A DNA stretch of 64,000 nt, taken from an uncultured Bacillota bacterium (GTDB lineage: Bacteria > Bacillota_I > Bacilli_A > RFN20 > CAG-288). Every line of letters starts with the position of its first letter. Within the stretch, counting starts at the first letter, position 1. Below the pieces are notes generated by a model. The model made no database searches. It was not told where the DNA came from and saw only the letters and a list, made by a program, of their open reading frames with translations. This document shows, in pieces, positions 32,769-42,796 of the stretch. Location: the NCBI GenBank assembly GCA_949282275.1, contig CASDOO010000035.1, positions 13,625 to 77,624 of the forward strand. The letters are read 5' to 3'. Both the position numbers and the translations under genes were made by a program.

Positions 32769-32779
32769 AGGAGGCACTT

Positions 32780-33556
32780 ATGGCCAAGAAGGAATTAACC
32801 GATTTGGGAGAGCTGATCTTAACCCACCACAACAAGAAGATCTACAGGAAGGACCACGTCATCACCAAGGTCTTCGACCACAAGTTCTATCCTGCCAGCA
32901 CCGTCATCCGTGAAGCCATGAATCAGGAATACGCCAGGGAGGAAGGCTTCCTCGCCCCGAAGGTCTACGAGGTCTTCCCCATCGGCAAGGATTGGGCCAT
33001 CGCCTCCGAGGAAATCGAAGGCAAGACGCTTGCCCAGATCATGACGGAGAATCCGAAGGACGTCAAGAAGTGCATCCAGCTCCTCGTCAAGGTCCAGCTC
33101 GACCTGCTTTCCCACATCTCCTCCAACCTCAAGCTTCCCAAGCTGAAGGACAAGCTCAACAACTACATCACCAATTCCGGACTCGATGCCTCCACCCGCT
33201 ATGAGCTCCATGCCCGTCTCGAGAGGATGCCCAACCACTACAAGGTCTGCCACGGCGACCTTGCCCCGCACAACATCATCGTCTCCGGCGACAAGCTCTA
33301 CATCCTCGACTGGGCCCACTGCACCAGGGGAAATGCCTCCGCCGATGCGGCCATGACCTACCTCCTCTTCCTCCTCGAGGGACACGAAAAGGGGGCCGAG
33401 ACCTACCTCAAGGAGTTCTGCAAGAAGTCGGACATCGCCATCCAGTACGTCCAGCAGTGGATCAGCGTCGTCTCCGCGACGAAGCTCATCTCCACGACCG
33501 ACGAGGAGAAGCGGGCCATGCTCCTTCGCAACCTCAACGTCGTCGAGTACTATTGA
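32780..33556 (+). CDS. APH/choline-kinase-family phosphotransferase
   Basis: 'VCHGDLAPHNIIV' catalytic loop and 'ILDWAH' Mg-binding motif. 258 aa with RBS aaggagg. Confidence 0.8.
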   Translation: MAKKELTDLGELILTHHNKKIYRKDHVITKVFDHKFYPASTVIREAMNQEYAREEGFLAPKVYEVFPIGKDWAIASEEIEGKTLAQIMTENPKDVKKCIQLLVKVQLDLLSHISSNLKLPKLKDKLNNYITNSGLDASTRYELHARLERMPNHYKVCHGDLAPHNIIVSGDKLYILDWAHCTRGNASADAAMTYLLFLLEGHEKGAETYLKEFCKKSDIAIQYVQQWISVVSATKLISTTDEEKRAMLLRNLNVVEYY

Positions 33557-33575
33557 TCCTTCGACAGCGCCAATC

Positions 33576-33603
33576 AAAAACCACGGCTTCGGCCGTGGTT
33601 TTT
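33576..33603. terminator. Bidirectional rho-independent terminator
   Basis: aaaaa-ccacggc-ttcg-gccgtgg-ttttt. Confidence 0.8.
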
Positions 33604-33626
33604 CGTATGCGATGCTTCTTTCGGAA

Positions 33627-34544
33627 TCAGTCTTCCAAATAGATGCTTCTAAGCCGTTCCTGTTCCTCGTTTGAGAAATGGAGCCTGTCCCTTCGGTAGG
33701 CGTCAAAGCCGTTGAAATCCTTTTCGATCGTCTTCATTGCCGCCATGAGCCAGTTTTCCTCCACCCCGGCAAGCATCACCGCGGAAGAAAGAAGGGGATC
33801 CTTGACGCCGGCAAGGGAGAGCTCCTCATATCGCTTCGACTTCTTTTCCTTGACGCTGTCATTCGTCAGGAGATAGTCCTCGATAATCGTCTGGTCGTCG
33901 ACGCCCAAGGTCTTCAAAAGGAGATAGGCGGCAATCCCGGCCCTGTCCTTCCCGTCGGCACAATGGAAGAGGACGGCGCCCTTTCCTTCGGCCTCCAATA
34001 CGAGATGGAGGAATTTGGAATAGCCCTCCTGTCCCAGGGCGGAGGAGACGTAGTTTCGATAGCTCTTCTCCATGCCCTTCTTGGCATCGCCGTTCTCGGA
34101 GAGACAGTAGATGAAGTCGAAGAGCGTCAGCATCCTCTTCTTCGTGATGCCATAGGTCTCATGCGGTGGCGGGACCTTTCCCATGTTGTGGTCGTTGGTG
34201 ATGGAGAGGTTGACGATCCGACAGCCCGGGATAGGGACTTCCGGCCGGCTTGTCCTTTCCGACTCGTTGCGGAAATCGATGTCGTAGATGGCGTGGTATT
34301 TTCCGGAGAGCGTGTCCACGTCCTTTTTCGTCAGGCGGTAGAGGCAGTCCGTCCGGATGAGGAGGTTCTTCCTTATCCTTCTTCCGTCCATGGTCCTCAG
34401 TCCGCCAAGATCCCTCGTGTTGAGTGTTCCTTCGAGATGAATTGTTCTGTTTTCCATGGTTGAATTATAAGACAGAAAGGATGGATTTCGAAGGACGTCC
34501 CAAAGGAAAGGCGTTTCCGGGTCATCGATTGCTTCCTTCGTCAT
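33627..34544 (-). CDS. Protein-tyrosine phosphatase-like protein (CX5R family)
   Basis: 'HCADGKDRAG' CX5R active-site loop and 'NTRDLGG' N-terminal motif. The start is uncertain: ATG 34544 has aggaag upstream, and ATG 34457 is the alternative. Confidence 0.8.
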   Translation of the reverse strand: MTKEAIDDPETPFLWDVLRNPSFLSYNSTMENRTIHLEGTLNTRDLGGLRTMDGRRIRKNLLIRTDCLYRLTKKDVDTLSGKYHAIYDIDFRNESERTSRPEVPIPGCRIVNLSITNDHNMGKVPPPHETYGITKKRMLTLFDFIYCLSENGDAKKGMEKSYRNYVSSALGQEGYSKFLHLVLEAEGKGAVLFHCADGKDRAGIAAYLLLKTLGVDDQTIIEDYLLTNDSVKEKKSKRYEELSLAGVKDPLLSSAVMLAGVEENWLMAAMKTIEKDFNGFDAYRRDRLHFSNEEQERLRSIYLED

Positions 34545-34612
34545 GGGATGGTCTTCCTGTCATGCTGATTTGCTGGCAAGGCGCCTTTGCCGGATTCTCG
34601 GAAATCGTTGAA

Positions 34613-34831
34613 TCAACTGTTCTTTCGGTCTTTCCTTTTCTCGAAGAACTGGATTGGGAAATCTTCCCGCAACATATCATGTATCGTCTTCTGGAAGCTT
34701 CTTAGATCCTCTCGGAATTCGAAATGATACCACGCCAGGAAGACCAGGTTCATTCCGCCGCAATAGAACGAGAGAACATAGTCGAGTCTGTCGATGTTGA
34801 AAAGAAAGTCCCAATAGACTTCGCCCATCAT
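34613..34831 (-). CDS. Small ORF (72 aa) of unknown function, possibly a gene fragment
   Basis: Non-biased, protein-like composition (MMGEVYWDFLFNIDRLDYV...) with no convincing RBS. It lies in an AT-richer patch at a probable rearrangement junction. Confidence 0.3.
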   Translation of the reverse strand: MMGEVYWDFLFNIDRLDYVLSFYCGGMNLVFLAWYHFEFREDLRSFQKTIHDMLREDFPIQFFEKRKDRKNS

Positions 34832-35063
34832 CGATTCGTCCGAGCCGGAATGGTATTCCTCGCCTTATGGCAACTATTGGCACATCCGGGCCAACGAGAA
34901 GGACTACGAATGTGTCCACATCGATGTCGATGACACGGACCCGAGCCTTTCGACAACGGGCGAGAAAGCAACGACGGACACTTCCATTCTCATTGGCAAG
35001 TATCGCGAGAATGGCGATGCGACAAAGCACGTCTACTATTTCAAGGGAGACGACGGCTATGCC

Positions 35064-36575
35064 ATGATGGGAAATATTGGCCTGAACAACGTCTCGACTG
35101 AAGGCTTCATCGGTGCCTATTGGAATTGGGAGGAATCCGGATTTGCCGATCCGTTCGGCCAGCTTTCCGTGGAGGATTTCGTCTCGGAAGGCCAGGACGA
35201 AGAGGGAAACTACGTCATCCGCTATGATCTGACCGATGAGGAAAAGGCGGTTCCGAATGGCGAGGAAATGACGTTGGGCTATGCCTTGGGAAATCTCGCC
35301 ATAGGGATGAACACGGATGCGCCGATCACGTCCGTGGTCCTGAAGACGGACGGGACACGGATCACGAAAGTCCAGCTCATCATGGAGGCGACCTTTTTGG
35401 AAGAAAATTTCTTCGGTGAGTTGACCAAGAATTACAGTTATGCCCTCTATGACTTCGATGTCCTTGCCCTAGGCGATGCGGTGACGGTCTACGACGGTAC
35501 GGAAATCGAGCTTCCCAAGGCCGATCCCGATCTGGAGACGGCTTTGTCCACCCTCCGCTCCGAAACGTTCACGGAGACGAATGTCGTCTATCAGCTGATG
35601 ACGCCCTATGACCAGGAAAGCTTCGAATATCTTCCTGCCAGCTATTGGGAGCCGACAAGCTATTCCGCCACGGAAAAAGGCGAGACGAATTTTGCTACCA
35701 GCGTCTATTCCTTCACGCATGGCTATGGAGGAATGGTCCTCGAGAGCCGCTTCAACTATCTTTGGGATCAGAAAGAAGACCTCATCCAGCCGCTCAAGGA
35801 AATCGGGGGCAAGAATTATCCGACCGCTGCGCCCTTTGCATCCGACACGTCGGGCTTCTATGTCACTCCCAATCTCTCCATGTCAGCCTCTTTCTTCGAA
35901 AAGGTCAGTGACGGCGTCTATCGATACGATGGAAACAAGTGGATGCTCGACTATCCTGTAGACAACTATTCCTACTATTTGACGGCATACGATGGCGTTC
36001 CCGTCGAGGAAATGACGGTGACATTGACGGATGATGGCATGACCGTCGAGGTCGACAGCGGCGGCTACTATCGCATGGAGGCAACCTACAATCTTGTCGG
36101 GACGACAGAAGACCCCGTCGACGCGGAGACGATCGAAGAAAGCACGGACAGCCTTAGCTGGAAAGACATGGTCGATCCTTACTACTACGAGACCTTTGCG
36201 GCGGCAGGATGGACGGACGATATCGTCAATATCTTCCCGACCCTGGGCGGCGACTATATCTGCGACCTTGCCTACTACGATGGCCAATCGGCGGGCTTCA
36301 TGTATATGTGCCAGTATCCGGGCGAGAGCACTGCTGACGCCATGGACGCAATTACCGACCAGTATACTCAGCGCGTGAAGAAGGACCCGAAATGGTCTGC
36401 TCCTGTCGGGAGTTTGGTGAATAAGGTCTTTACCAGTGACTATCAAGATCCTGTTACGATTACCGATGCCGAAGGCGTAACGAAAACATATAATGTATCC
36501 ATGACATACTCCGCAAAGAACATGGAAGGTCAATACGTCTTTACCATTCTTCCACGGTTGACGGAAGTTGCCTAA
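35064..36575 (+). CDS. Secreted/surface-like protein lacking its N-terminus (probably a 5'-truncated gene)
   Basis: 503 aa from the first ATG. The frame is open and protein-like for 82 more codons back to 34818 with no start codon or signal peptide. Composition is Asp/Glu/Tyr/Thr-rich, as in extracellular proteins. Confidence 0.6.
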   Translation: MMGNIGLNNVSTEGFIGAYWNWEESGFADPFGQLSVEDFVSEGQDEEGNYVIRYDLTDEEKAVPNGEEMTLGYALGNLAIGMNTDAPITSVVLKTDGTRITKVQLIMEATFLEENFFGELTKNYSYALYDFDVLALGDAVTVYDGTEIELPKADPDLETALSTLRSETFTETNVVYQLMTPYDQESFEYLPASYWEPTSYSATEKGETNFATSVYSFTHGYGGMVLESRFNYLWDQKEDLIQPLKEIGGKNYPTAAPFASDTSGFYVTPNLSMSASFFEKVSDGVYRYDGNKWMLDYPVDNYSYYLTAYDGVPVEEMTVTLTDDGMTVEVDSGGYYRMEATYNLVGTTEDPVDAETIEESTDSLSWKDMVDPYYYETFAAAGWTDDIVNIFPTLGGDYICDLAYYDGQSAGFMYMCQYPGESTADAMDAITDQYTQRVKKDPKWSAPVGSLVNKVFTSDYQDPVTITDAEGVTKTYNVSMTYSAKNMEGQYVFTILPRLTEVA

Positions 36576-36590
36576 AATAACCAGCAAAAA

Positions 36591-36626
36591 GGCCTTCCCG
36601 ATAGACACGAGAAGGCTTTTTGTTTT
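36591..36626. terminator. Hairpin terminator between convergent genes
   Basis: gccttc-(13 nt)-gaaggc preceded by aaaaa and followed by tttttgtttt. Confidence 0.55.
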
Positions 36627-36961
36627 CAATTCAGGCCGAAGTAGACGGCAAGAAGGACGACGATGACCACGGGGTCGATCCAGAGCATGTTGAGATATGC
36701 CGAGTTCGATGAGTCGATGGCGTAGGCGATGGAGAAGAAGCCTTCGATCAGAATCAATGCGGCGAGGAGGAAGAAGAGGACGATGTTGACCTTGTTCATC
36801 GTCAGGTGGCGAAAGGCCTTGCCGATTTCCTGAGCCTCGAATGGGGAAGGTTCTTCTCTATTCTCTTGGATTGCCTGAAGTCGTTCGATGGGAATGCCAG
36901 TTGGCTTGGCGATTCGGCTGATCGGTGTCCTCGTCTTGGCAAGCTTTTCAGACAGTTTCAA
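36626..36961 (-). CDS. HTH (XRE-like) N-terminal domain fused to two TM helices
   Basis: 111 aa with a TTG start at 36961 after a purine-rich aggaaaggga. 'ISRIAKPTGIPIERLQAIQ' is helix-turn-helix-like, and two hydrophobic helices follow. Confidence 0.6.
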   Translation of the reverse strand: MKLSEKLAKTRTPISRIAKPTGIPIERLQAIQENREEPSPFEAQEIGKAFRHLTMNKVNIVLFFLLAALILIEGFFSIAYAIDSSNSAYLNMLWIDPVVIVVLLAVYFGLN

Positions 36962-37103
36962 GTTTTTTCCCTTTCCTTTCTTTCCTTTCTTTATACCAAA
37001 AAAGGGAACAAGGACTATTTTAAAGAGAAAGAGATGGCTGCATGGAAAGGGGGTCTCGGAAGGATATGAAAAAAGAGGCCGAAGCCTCTTGTCGGAATCG
37101 ATG

Positions 37104-38246
37104 TCAGTTGCCCTTGAACTTATTCCTCAGCCAGGAGAAGACGCCTTGCGGCTTTCTTCCCTCCGCCTCGTCGAACTGGCGGATGAGTTCCTTCTCCTCG
37201 CTATTGAGGGACTTGGGGAAGACGACCTTGATCGTCACGTATTGGCTTCCGGTCTTTCCGCTAGGAAGCGTGACGCCCATGTCCGCCATCTTGAGGACGG
37301 TGTTTGGCTGGGTGCAGGGCGGGACGTTGAGGTCGACATCGCCCTTGACTGTCTTGACCGTGACGCTGGCGCCAAGAAGCGCATCGGCCAGGGATACCTC
37401 GACGCTGGTGTAGATGTCGGCACCTTTCCTTTCGAAGATCTGGCTCTTGCTGACCTGGACGATGAGGATGAGGTCGCCGTTGGGACCGCCGTTGACGCCG
37501 GCATCGCCCTTTCCAGCAATGCGGATCATGTCATTGTCGTCGACGCCCTTGGGGATATTGACGGTGATGGTTTCCGATACCCGGACACGGCCTTGGCCAT
37601 GGCAGGTATTGCACTTGTTCTTCACGCGCTTTCCGCTGCCGCCGCAGTCGGGACAGACGCCTTCCGACTCCATCATGCCGAAGATGGTCTGTCTTCTCGT
37701 CCGGACCCTTCCTGTTCCATGGCAGGTCGAGCAATTGACGATGTCCTGCGGGGACTTGGCGCCGCTGCCGTGGCAATCCGGGCAGGTCTTGACGTAGTCG
37801 AGCGGGATGTCGACCTTGGTGCCGTTGACGGCCTGATCGAAGGACAGCTTGATCGTGACCTTCCTGTCGGCGCCGCGGTGCGGGACGTTCGAGCGCCTTC
37901 CGCCTGTGCGGGCACCGCCGCCGAAGAACTGGCTGAAGATATCATTAATGTCTCCGAAGTCCGCCTCGGAGAAGCCGCCGAAACCATTGAAGCCGTTCTG
38001 GAAGCCATTGGCGCCATTGTTGTCGAAGGCGGCATGGCCGAACTGGTCGTACTGCTGTCTCTTTTGCGGATCCTTGAGGACTTCGTATGCCTCACTCACT
38101 TCCTTGAACTTTTCCGGTGCATCCGGAGAATGGTTCAGGTCGGGATGGTATTTCTTGGCAAGGGCTCTGTAGGCTTTCTGGATTTGGTCCGGCGTTGCAT
38201 TCTTGTCCACGCCAAGAACTTCGTAGTAGTCTCTTTTTTCTGCCAC
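37104..38246 (-). CDS. dnaJ: Chaperone DnaJ
   Basis: J domain 'DYYEVLGV...HPD', G/F region and four CxxCxGxG zinc motifs. GTG start after ggagg. Confidence 0.97.
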   Translation of the reverse strand: MAEKRDYYEVLGVDKNATPDQIQKAYRALAKKYHPDLNHSPDAPEKFKEVSEAYEVLKDPQKRQQYDQFGHAAFDNNGANGFQNGFNGFGGFSEADFGDINDIFSQFFGGGARTGGRRSNVPHRGADRKVTIKLSFDQAVNGTKVDIPLDYVKTCPDCHGSGAKSPQDIVNCSTCHGTGRVRTRRQTIFGMMESEGVCPDCGGSGKRVKNKCNTCHGQGRVRVSETITVNIPKGVDDNDMIRIAGKGDAGVNGGPNGDLILIVQVSKSQIFERKGADIYTSVEVSLADALLGASVTVKTVKGDVDLNVPPCTQPNTVLKMADMGVTLPSGKTGSQYVTIKVVFPKSLNSEEKELIRQFDEAEGRKPQGVFSWLRNKFKGN

Positions 38247-38304
38247 TTGAACACCTCCATGCGATAAGAAGCCCGGTCATAAGGCCGGGCTTCCTCATAA
38301 CGGC

Positions 38305-40176
38305 TTACTTGTTTTCGTCGTCCTTCTTCTCGGTGAAGGTGGCATCGACGACATGCGGATCCTTCTCCTCGGTGCTCTGCTGGGCATTGTCTCCGGCAGT
38401 CTGGCTGGAGGCATTCGCCTGGGCCTGGGCATTGGCCTGGTAGACGGCATTGGCGGCCTGCTGGAGCTGGGCGATCTTGCTGCGGACGGCCTCGAGGTCG
38501 TTCTTGTCGAGGGCTTCCTTGATCTCGTCGCGAATCTTGGTGGCCTGGTTCTTCGTGTTCTCGTCGATCGGATGCTCCTTGTCGTTGATCTGGCGGTCGA
38601 TCGTGTCGATCAGCTGCTGTGCCTCGTTGCGGGTGTCGGCATCCTGCTTTCTCTTGTCATCGGCTTCCTTGTTGGCCTCGGCTTCCTTGACCATGCGATC
38701 GATTTCGTCCTTGGAGAGACCGGAGGAGTTGGAGATGGTGATGTGCTGCTCCTTGTTCGTGTCGAGGTCCTTGGCGGAAACGGAGACGATGCCGTTGACG
38801 TCGATGGAGAAGGTGACCTGGATGCGGGGCTCGCCGCGTCTGGCCGGACGGATTCCCTCGAGCTTGAAGCGACCGAGGAACTTGTTGTCGGCAGCCATCG
38901 GACGCTCGCCCTGGAAGACCTGGATCTCGACGCCGGGCTGATTGTCCTCGGCCGTGGAGAAGGTCTGGGCACGGGTGACGGGGATGGTGGTGTTCCTGGG
39001 GATGAGAGGGGTCATGACGCCACCGAGGGTCTCGATGCCGAGGGTAAGAGGCGTGACATCCAGAAGGACGACGTCGTTGATGTCGCCGCGGATGACACCG
39101 CCCTGAATGGCAGCGCCGATGGAGACAGCCTCATCGGGGTTGACCGACTGGGCCGGCTTCTTTCCGTTGTTGAGACGGGTGACGAGGTCGATGACGGCAG
39201 GCATTCTGGTGGAACCACCGACGAGGATGATCTCGTTGAGGTCGCTGACGGAGAGCTTGGCATCGCTAAGGGCGGTGTTGAAGGGCTTGATGCAGCGGTC
39301 GATGAGGTCCGCGGTCAGGTCCTGGAACTTGGCACGGGTGAGGGTGGTCTCGAAGTTGACAGGGGCGCCATCCTTGAAGCCGATGTAAGGAAGGGAGATG
39401 ATGGTCTGGGTCTGGCTGGAGAGGTTGATCTTGGCCTTCTCGGCTTCGTCGCGGAGTCTCTGGAGGGTCGGACGATCCTTCGGGTTGTTCTCGTCGATGT
39501 AGATGCCGCACTGGCTGCTGATTTCCTGGCGGAGCCAATCCATGATGTGGTGGTCCCAGTCATCGCCGCCGAGGTTCGTGTCGCCGGAAGTGGAGAGGAC
39601 CTCGAAGGTGCCATCGCCGATATCGAGGATGGAGACATCCAAGGTTCCGCCGCCGAGATCGAAGACGAGGATCTTTCCGGACTTCTTGCTGTCCATGCCG
39701 TAGGCAAGGGCCGCGGCCGTCGGTTCGGAGATGACGCGGACGACATCCAATCCGGCAATGGTGCCGGCGTTCTTCGTCGCCTGTCTCTGGTCATCGTTGA
39801 AATAGGCAGGGCAGGTGATGACGGCCTTCTTGACGCTCTGGCCAAGATAGCTTTCGGCGTAGGACTTCATGAAGGAGAGGATCTTTGCGGAAATCTCTTC
39901 CGGAGTGAAATCCTTGTTGACGCAATTGATATGGACGGTCTCGCGGGTTCCCATCTTTCTCTTGATGGAATAGACGGTGTCGGGATTGGTCAGGAGCATT
40001 CTCTTGGCGGCATTGCCGACGATGATCTCGCCGTCTGCCTTGAAGGAGACGACGGAGGGGCAGGTGTTGGTGCCTTCCGGAGAGGGGATGACCTTGACGG
40101 TCTTGTCTTCCTGCATATAGGAGACGACGGAGTTCGTCGTTCCCAAGTCGATACCGATGATTACTTCCTTAGCCAT
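38305..40176 (-). CDS. dnaK: Chaperone DnaK (Hsp70)
   Basis: '[10 protein letters not shown]', '[10 protein letters not shown]', '[11 protein letters not shown]'. 623 aa. Confidence 0.98.
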   Translation of the reverse strand: MAKEVIIGIDLGTTNSVVSYMQEDKTVKVIPSPEGTNTCPSVVSFKADGEIIVGNAAKRMLLTNPDTVYSIKRKMGTRETVHINCVNKDFTPEEISAKILSFMKSYAESYLGQSVKKAVITCPAYFNDDQRQATKNAGTIAGLDVVRVISEPTAAALAYGMDSKKSGKILVFDLGGGTLDVSILDIGDGTFEVLSTSGDTNLGGDDWDHHIMDWLRQEISSQCGIYIDENNPKDRPTLQRLRDEAEKAKINLSSQTQTIISLPYIGFKDGAPVNFETTLTRAKFQDLTADLIDRCIKPFNTALSDAKLSVSDLNEIILVGGSTRMPAVIDLVTRLNNGKKPAQSVNPDEAVSIGAAIQGGVIRGDINDVVLLDVTPLTLGIETLGGVMTPLIPRNTTIPVTRAQTFSTAEDNQPGVEIQVFQGERPMAADNKFLGRFKLEGIRPARRGEPRIQVTFSIDVNGIVSVSAKDLDTNKEQHITISNSSGLSKDEIDRMVKEAEANKEADDKRKQDADTRNEAQQLIDTIDRQINDKEHPIDENTKNQATKIRDEIKEALDKNDLEAVRSKIAQLQQAANAVYQANAQAQANASSQTAGDNAQQSTEEKDPHVVDATFTEKKDDENK

Positions 40177-40199
40177 GATTCATTTCCTCCTTTTTGGAA

Positions 40200-40883
40200 T
40201 CAGTTGTCTTTCTTTTCTTCGGCCTTTTCCTCGGCCTTGGCTTCTTCCTTGGTTTCTTCTTTCTCTTCTTCCTTCTTTTCAACCTTTTTCGTGATGATGA
40301 CGCCGGCGGGCCTGAGAAGGTGGTCGTGGAGACGATAGCCCTTGAGGAAGGTGTCGGCGACGAGATTGTCCTCATCGCCATCGACGGCGGAGAAGGCGTT
40401 CATCTTGTTGGGATCGAACGCCTCGCCCTTCTTCGGGTCGACAATCTCGATGCCCATCTGGACGAGAGAGTTGAGAAGCTTGCCGTGGATCATCTTGAAG
40501 CCCTCGAGGTACTTGCGGACGACGGGGTCCTCGGGTTCGTTCTTCAGGGCCATGTCGAAGCTGTCCAGGACGGGGATGAACTCCTCGATGACCGACTGCT
40601 TCGCGTATTTCTTGAAGTCCTCCGTTTCCCTTTGGACTTCCTTGCGCGTGTTTGCCATGTCGGCGTAGGCGAGGTAGTACTTGTTCTTCCAGTCCTCGGC
40701 TTCCTTCTTGGCGTTTGCGATGTCGACGTTGAGGTTGTCTATCTGGATCTGAAGGGAGTGGATGTCTTCCTCAAGCTTCCTTTCTGCTTCGGTCTTTTCC
40801 TTGCCGGCCTTTTCCGTTTCCGGCTGGACCTCGCTTTCAGGGGCTTGCGGCGTTTCTTCCTGTTTCTTTTCTTCTTCGCTCAT
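40200..40883 (-). CDS. grpE: Nucleotide exchange factor GrpE
   Basis: Position between hrcA and dnaK. GrpE-like C-terminus 'FDPNKMNA...GYRLHDHLLRPAGV'. ATGA overlap with hrcA. Confidence 0.95.
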   Translation of the reverse strand: MSEEEKKQEETPQAPESEVQPETEKAGKEKTEAERKLEEDIHSLQIQIDNLNVDIANAKKEAEDWKNKYYLAYADMANTRKEVQRETEDFKKYAKQSVIEEFIPVLDSFDMALKNEPEDPVVRKYLEGFKMIHGKLLNSLVQMGIEIVDPKKGEAFDPNKMNAFSAVDGDEDNLVADTFLKGYRLHDHLLRPAGVIITKKVEKKEEEKEETKEEAKAEEKAEEKKDN

Positions 40884-41989
40884 TTCTTGGCTCCTTTCTT
40901 CTTGGCCTTTGCCGGCTTGCGGACGACCAGGTTCTGCGGCGGGCTGACGGGGACGAGGGCATTTTCGCTATTGGCCTGGCTTCCGAGATATTTGTCGATC
41001 ATGAAGACCACGTATTCCAATGCGGAGAGGACCTTGCGGTAGTCCATTCTCTTCGGGCCGACGACGGCTATCTTGTCCTTGCCGTTGATGGGCTTGGAGA
41101 CGATTGCCAGGTCGCCGTTGTTTTCCGAGGTGAAGCCGACGGAGACGCTTCCGATGTCGTCTTGCCTTGTCATCGTCCTTTGTAGCTTGCTTGGGTCCTC
41201 CAGGGCATCGATGGCGGAGAGGAAGGCATCGGCATCGTCGGCGAATTCGGGAAGGGCAAGAAGGTTCTTCTTTCCATAGACGTTGAACCTTTTCTTGGCG
41301 AAGCTCATCAGCGCCTCGACGAAGGACTGGATGATTGCCCTTCCGCTTTGTCCGACTTGCTTGATCAGGATCGGCATTAGCGACTCGGCCTTTTCGGCAA
41401 GCTCGGATATCCTCGAACCGGACAAGCGGCTGTTGAGCATTTCAACCGCCCCGCTTGCCGTCTCGAAGGTCAGTCCCATGTTCTTGAGGATGAACGTCTT
41501 CTTCTCGACGTATCCGGAATCCGTGACGAAGATTCCCATGACCTGGTCCTCGTTGAGCTTGAGCAGCTGGACGGAGACGAGTTTCTCGTCGTCTGCCCTC
41601 GGACCGAGGACGACCGTGGCCATGTTCGTCAGCTCGGAGAGCATCTGGCAGGATTTGGACATCACGTCTTCGACGGAATGCGTCCTGGAATCGAGCGCCC
41701 TCTTGAATTCCCTCTGGAATTCCATGTCCACGGAACTGAGGAGATTCTCCTCGTTGAGATGGTCGAGGTAATATTGATAGCCCTTTGCGGAAGGAACGCG
41801 ACCGCTAGAGACATGTGTCTTCTCGATCAGGCCTTCTTTTTCCAGTTGGACCATCGTGTTGCGGATGGTGGCGGAAGAGCAGTCGAGATGGTAGTTCTTC
41901 AGGATGGTGACGGAGCCGACGGGTTCCGCGGTCTTGACGAACTCCTCGACGATGCATTTCAGGATGAGGTCCTTTCTTTTCAGATCCAT
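40880..41989 (-). CDS. hrcA: Heat-inducible transcription repressor HrcA
   Basis: 'ILKCIVEEFVKTAEPVGS' winged-helix N-terminus. ATG 41989 follows ggagg with a 6-nt spacer. The track ORF starts at GTG 42010. Confidence 0.95.
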   Translation of the reverse strand: MDLKRKDLILKCIVEEFVKTAEPVGSVTILKNYHLDCSSATIRNTMVQLEKEGLIEKTHVSSGRVPSAKGYQYYLDHLNEENLLSSVDMEFQREFKRALDSRTHSVEDVMSKSCQMLSELTNMATVVLGPRADDEKLVSVQLLKLNEDQVMGIFVTDSGYVEKKTFILKNMGLTFETASGAVEMLNSRLSGSRISELAEKAESLMPILIKQVGQSGRAIIQSFVEALMSFAKKRFNVYGKKNLLALPEFADDADAFLSAIDALEDPSKLQRTMTRQDDIGSVSVGFTSENNGDLAIVSKPINGKDKIAVVGPKRMDYRKVLSALEYVVFMIDKYLGSQANSENALVPVSPPQNLVVRKPAKAKKKGAKK

Positions 41990-42003
41990 CGAAGCCTCCA
42001 GGT

Positions 42004-42030
42004 TTAGCACTCCTTCTTTTAAGTGCCATG
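42004..42030 (-). promoter_or_regulatory. CIRCE-like operator B (between the -10 box and the hrcA RBS)
   Basis: Plus strand reads ttagcactc-N9-agtgccatg. One half is a perfect TTAGCACTC and the other half is degenerate. Confidence 0.6.
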
Positions 42031-42033
42031 ACT

Positions 42034-42061
42034 ATTATAAACAATCGTTTAGCAAATTCAA
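42034..42061 (-). promoter_or_regulatory. Sigma-A promoter of the hrcA operon
   Basis: Minus strand reads TTGAAT, a 16-nt spacer, then TATAAT. The -35 box lies inside the spacer of CIRCE A. Confidence 0.55.
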
Positions 42062-42075
42062 GCAATGAGTGCTAA
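42049..42075 (-). promoter_or_regulatory. CIRCE operator A
   Basis: ttagcaaat-tcaagcaat-gagtgctaa compared with the consensus TTAGCACTC-N9-GAGTGCTAA. One half is perfect and the other matches 6 of 9. Confidence 0.75.
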
Positions 42076-42133
42076 AACTTTTTGGTTCGAAAAGCGACCC
42101 ACATAAATAAGGTTTACGCGCACGCATCCAATT

Positions 42134-42162
42134 CATAAGAAAAGACCCGGACAGGCCGGGCC
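42134..42162 (-). terminator. Rho-independent terminator after trmB
   Basis: Minus strand reads ggcccgg-cctgt-ccgggtc followed by ttttctt. Confidence 0.6.
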
Positions 42163-42169
42163 GCATGGA

Positions 42170-42796
42170 TTATTTCTTCGTGGCGATGATGAGATGGATG
42201 TCGACGCCACGGCTTCGGAACTTCCTCTCGTATTCCGTCGGGGGAAGGAAATCGACCTTTTCGGAGTAGAAGGGCGAAATCGTCTCGATGTCGAAAAGGC
42301 CGCATTTTTGGAAATAGGCGACGCTGTCCTCGAAGAGGGCGACGTTGTCCGTGCGGAAGTAGAGCTTGCCGCCAGACTTCAGGAGACGGTAGTATTCGTG
42401 CTGGAGGGGAATGGAGGAAAGGCGCCTGTGCTGCTGCCTCTTCTTCGGCCAGGGATCGGGGAAGTTGATGTAGATGGCGTCCAGGCAGTCGCCCGGAAGA
42501 TAGGGGAAGATCTTTTCGATCGGGGCATTGACGAGAAGGAAGTTCTTCTGCCTGTCCTTGTGCGGCGAAAGTTTCTTGAGGGCGGTGGCAAAGGCATTGT
42601 AGGCAACCTCGACGCCGAGAATGCGGCTTTCGGGGAAGCGCTCGGAACAGGCCAAAAGGAAACCGCCAAGACCGGAGCCGATCTCGAGCCGGTCGAATCC
42701 CTTCAGGCTCTCTTCGGAAAGATTCTCCAGCCGGATGCCGATGTCCTTGTTTTCCGAGACGATCCGGTCGGACCAGGAACGATGGCGGAGCCTCAT
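42170..42796 (-). CDS. trmB: tRNA (guanine46-N7)-methyltransferase
   Basis: 'EIGSGLGGFL' SAM motif and 'INFPDPWPKKRQQHRRL'. 208 aa. Confidence 0.92.
   Translation of the reverse strand: MRLRHRSWSDRIVSENKDIGIRLENLSEESLKGFDRLEIGSGLGGFLLACSERFPESRILGVEVAYNAFATALKKLSPHKDRQKNFLLVNAPIEKIFPYLPGDCLDAIYINFPDPWPKKRQQHRRLSSIPLQHEYYRLLKSGGKLYFRTDNVALFEDSVAYFQKCGLFDIETISPFYSEKVDFLPPTEYERKFRSRGVDIHLIIATKK

Noticed and set aside
29958-32777. 939-aa minus-strand ORF
   Set aside because: It is antisense to adhE, whose ALDH and Fe-ADH motifs are unambiguous. It shows the same mirror-ORF composition artefact.
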